The notes under the pieces: generated by a model
Databases searched by the model: none
What the model saw: only the letters and a program-made list of their open reading frames with translations
What the model was told of the DNA's origin: nothing
Assembly: GCA_963844035.1 (NCBI GenBank)
Contig: CAWJMT010000009.1
Coordinates: 64,001-128,000 of the forward strand
From: an uncultured Gemmatimonadales bacterium
GTDB taxonomy: Bacteria; Gemmatimonadota; Gemmatimonadetes; Gemmatimonadales; GWC2-71-9
Direction of reading: 5' to 3'
Length of the DNA stretch: 64,000 bases
Position numbers and translations under genes: made by a program
In this document: positions 63,142 through 64,000 of the stretch, piece by piece
Numbering within the stretch: the first letter of the stretch is position 1
Layout: each line of letters begins with the position of its first letter

Positions 63142-64000
63142 ATGGCGGGCCGCGGTATCGTTTCCTTCTTGACTCACACTGCCCCCGACGGGGGCGCCGC
63201 CACGCTCGCTCAGGTGCTGGACGGGCGGACCCGCCCGGCGCAGCTCAGCGCCGCGCTTCCCGACGGGGCGGTGCGTTGCTTCGCCTGCGGGCATCGCTGT
63301 TTGGTGCGGCCGGGGCGGCGCGGCATCTGCAAGGTACGGTTCAACCGGGACGGGACGCTCTATGTTCCGGCGGGGTACGTGGCGGCGCTGCAGTGCGATC
63401 CCACAGAGAAGAAACCGTTCTTCCATTGTCTCCCCGGCAGCAACACGCTGACGTTCGGGATGCTCGGCTGTGACTTCCACTGCGGCTATTGCCAGAACTG
63501 GCTCACGTCGCAGGCGCTCCGGGACGACGCGGCCGGGGTCGATCCCACGGACGTCACTCCCGACGCGCTCGTGGCGCTGGCGCGCCGGCAGGGCGCGGCC
63601 ATGGTCGGCTCGTCCTACAATGAGCCGCTCATCACGGCGGAATGGGCGGTGGAGGTCTTCACCGTCGCCCGGGCCCACGGGCTCAAGACGGCGTTCATTT
63701 CCAACGGCAATGCCACGCCGGAAGTGTTGGAGTACATCCGCCCGTGGACGGACTGCTACAAGATCGATCTCAAGGCGATGGACGATCGGCGCTACCGCGA
63801 GCTGGGTGGTGTGTTGCAGCACGTGCTTGACGCCATCCGCATGGTCCACGACCAGGGGTTCTGGCTCGAAGTCGTGACGCTGGTGGTGCCGGGGTTCAAC
63901 GACGACGATGCGCAGCTCGCGCGTGCGGCCGAGTACATCGCATCCGTTTCGCCCGAGATCCCCTGGCACGTCACGGCATTCCACAAGGACTACCGCATGA
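63142..64000 (+). CDS. amrS: AmmeMemoRadiSam system radical SAM enzyme (3' partial, absent from ORF track)
   Basis: CFACGHRC...GICKVR, DPTEKKPFFH, GCDFHCGYCQN (CxxxCxxC), SYNEP, IPWHVTAFHKDYRM. Confidence 0.88.
   Translation, partial: MAGRGIVSFLTHTAPDGGAATLAQVLDGRTRPAQLSAALPDGAVRCFACGHRCLVRPGRRGICKVRFNRDGTLYVPAGYVAALQCDPTEKKPFFHCLPGSNTLTFGMLGCDFHCGYCQNWLTSQALRDDAAGVDPTDVTPDALVALARRQGAAMVGSSYNEPLITAEWAVEVFTVARAHGLKTAFISNGNATPEVLEYIRPWTDCYKIDLKAMDDRRYRELGGVLQHVLDAIRMVHDQGFWLEVVTLVVPGFNDDDAQLARAAEYIASVSPEIPWHVTAFHKDYRM

Overview
High-GC bacterial chromosome segment spanning the replication origin (mnmE-yidC-yidD-rnpA-rpmH <> dnaA-oriC-dnaN). Gemmatimonadota is my inference from gene content (several Hanks-type kinases, a GWxTD protein, pilin style) and is not verified. 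Two unexpected metabolic islands flank the origin. The first, at 8.5-27.4 kb, is a tetrahydromethanopterin/methanofuran C1 cluster: fae, mtd, fhcBADC, mch, mptG, mfnB/E/F-like, pabAB, plus an atypical SDR and a CExxHGH PTPS. The second, at 34.1-39.0 kb directly after dnaN, is a selenocysteine-dependent glycine-reductase-like operon (grdE-like, grdB with UGA and SECIS, grdC, trx, grdA with UGA). It lacks grdD, lacks the pyruvoyl-forming Cys and has an altered UxxCxxC motif. Other content: mutS, cbs, ddl, rnpB, polA, pyrE, slt, mtgA, an MCP, MMPL, matrixin and amrS. Four housekeeping genes carry in-frame 7- or 8-bp tandem arrays, three of them as inverted pairs. Many single-base frameshifts, including in dnaA, yidC and mnmE, point to long-read errors, so split ORFs are annotated as single genes.
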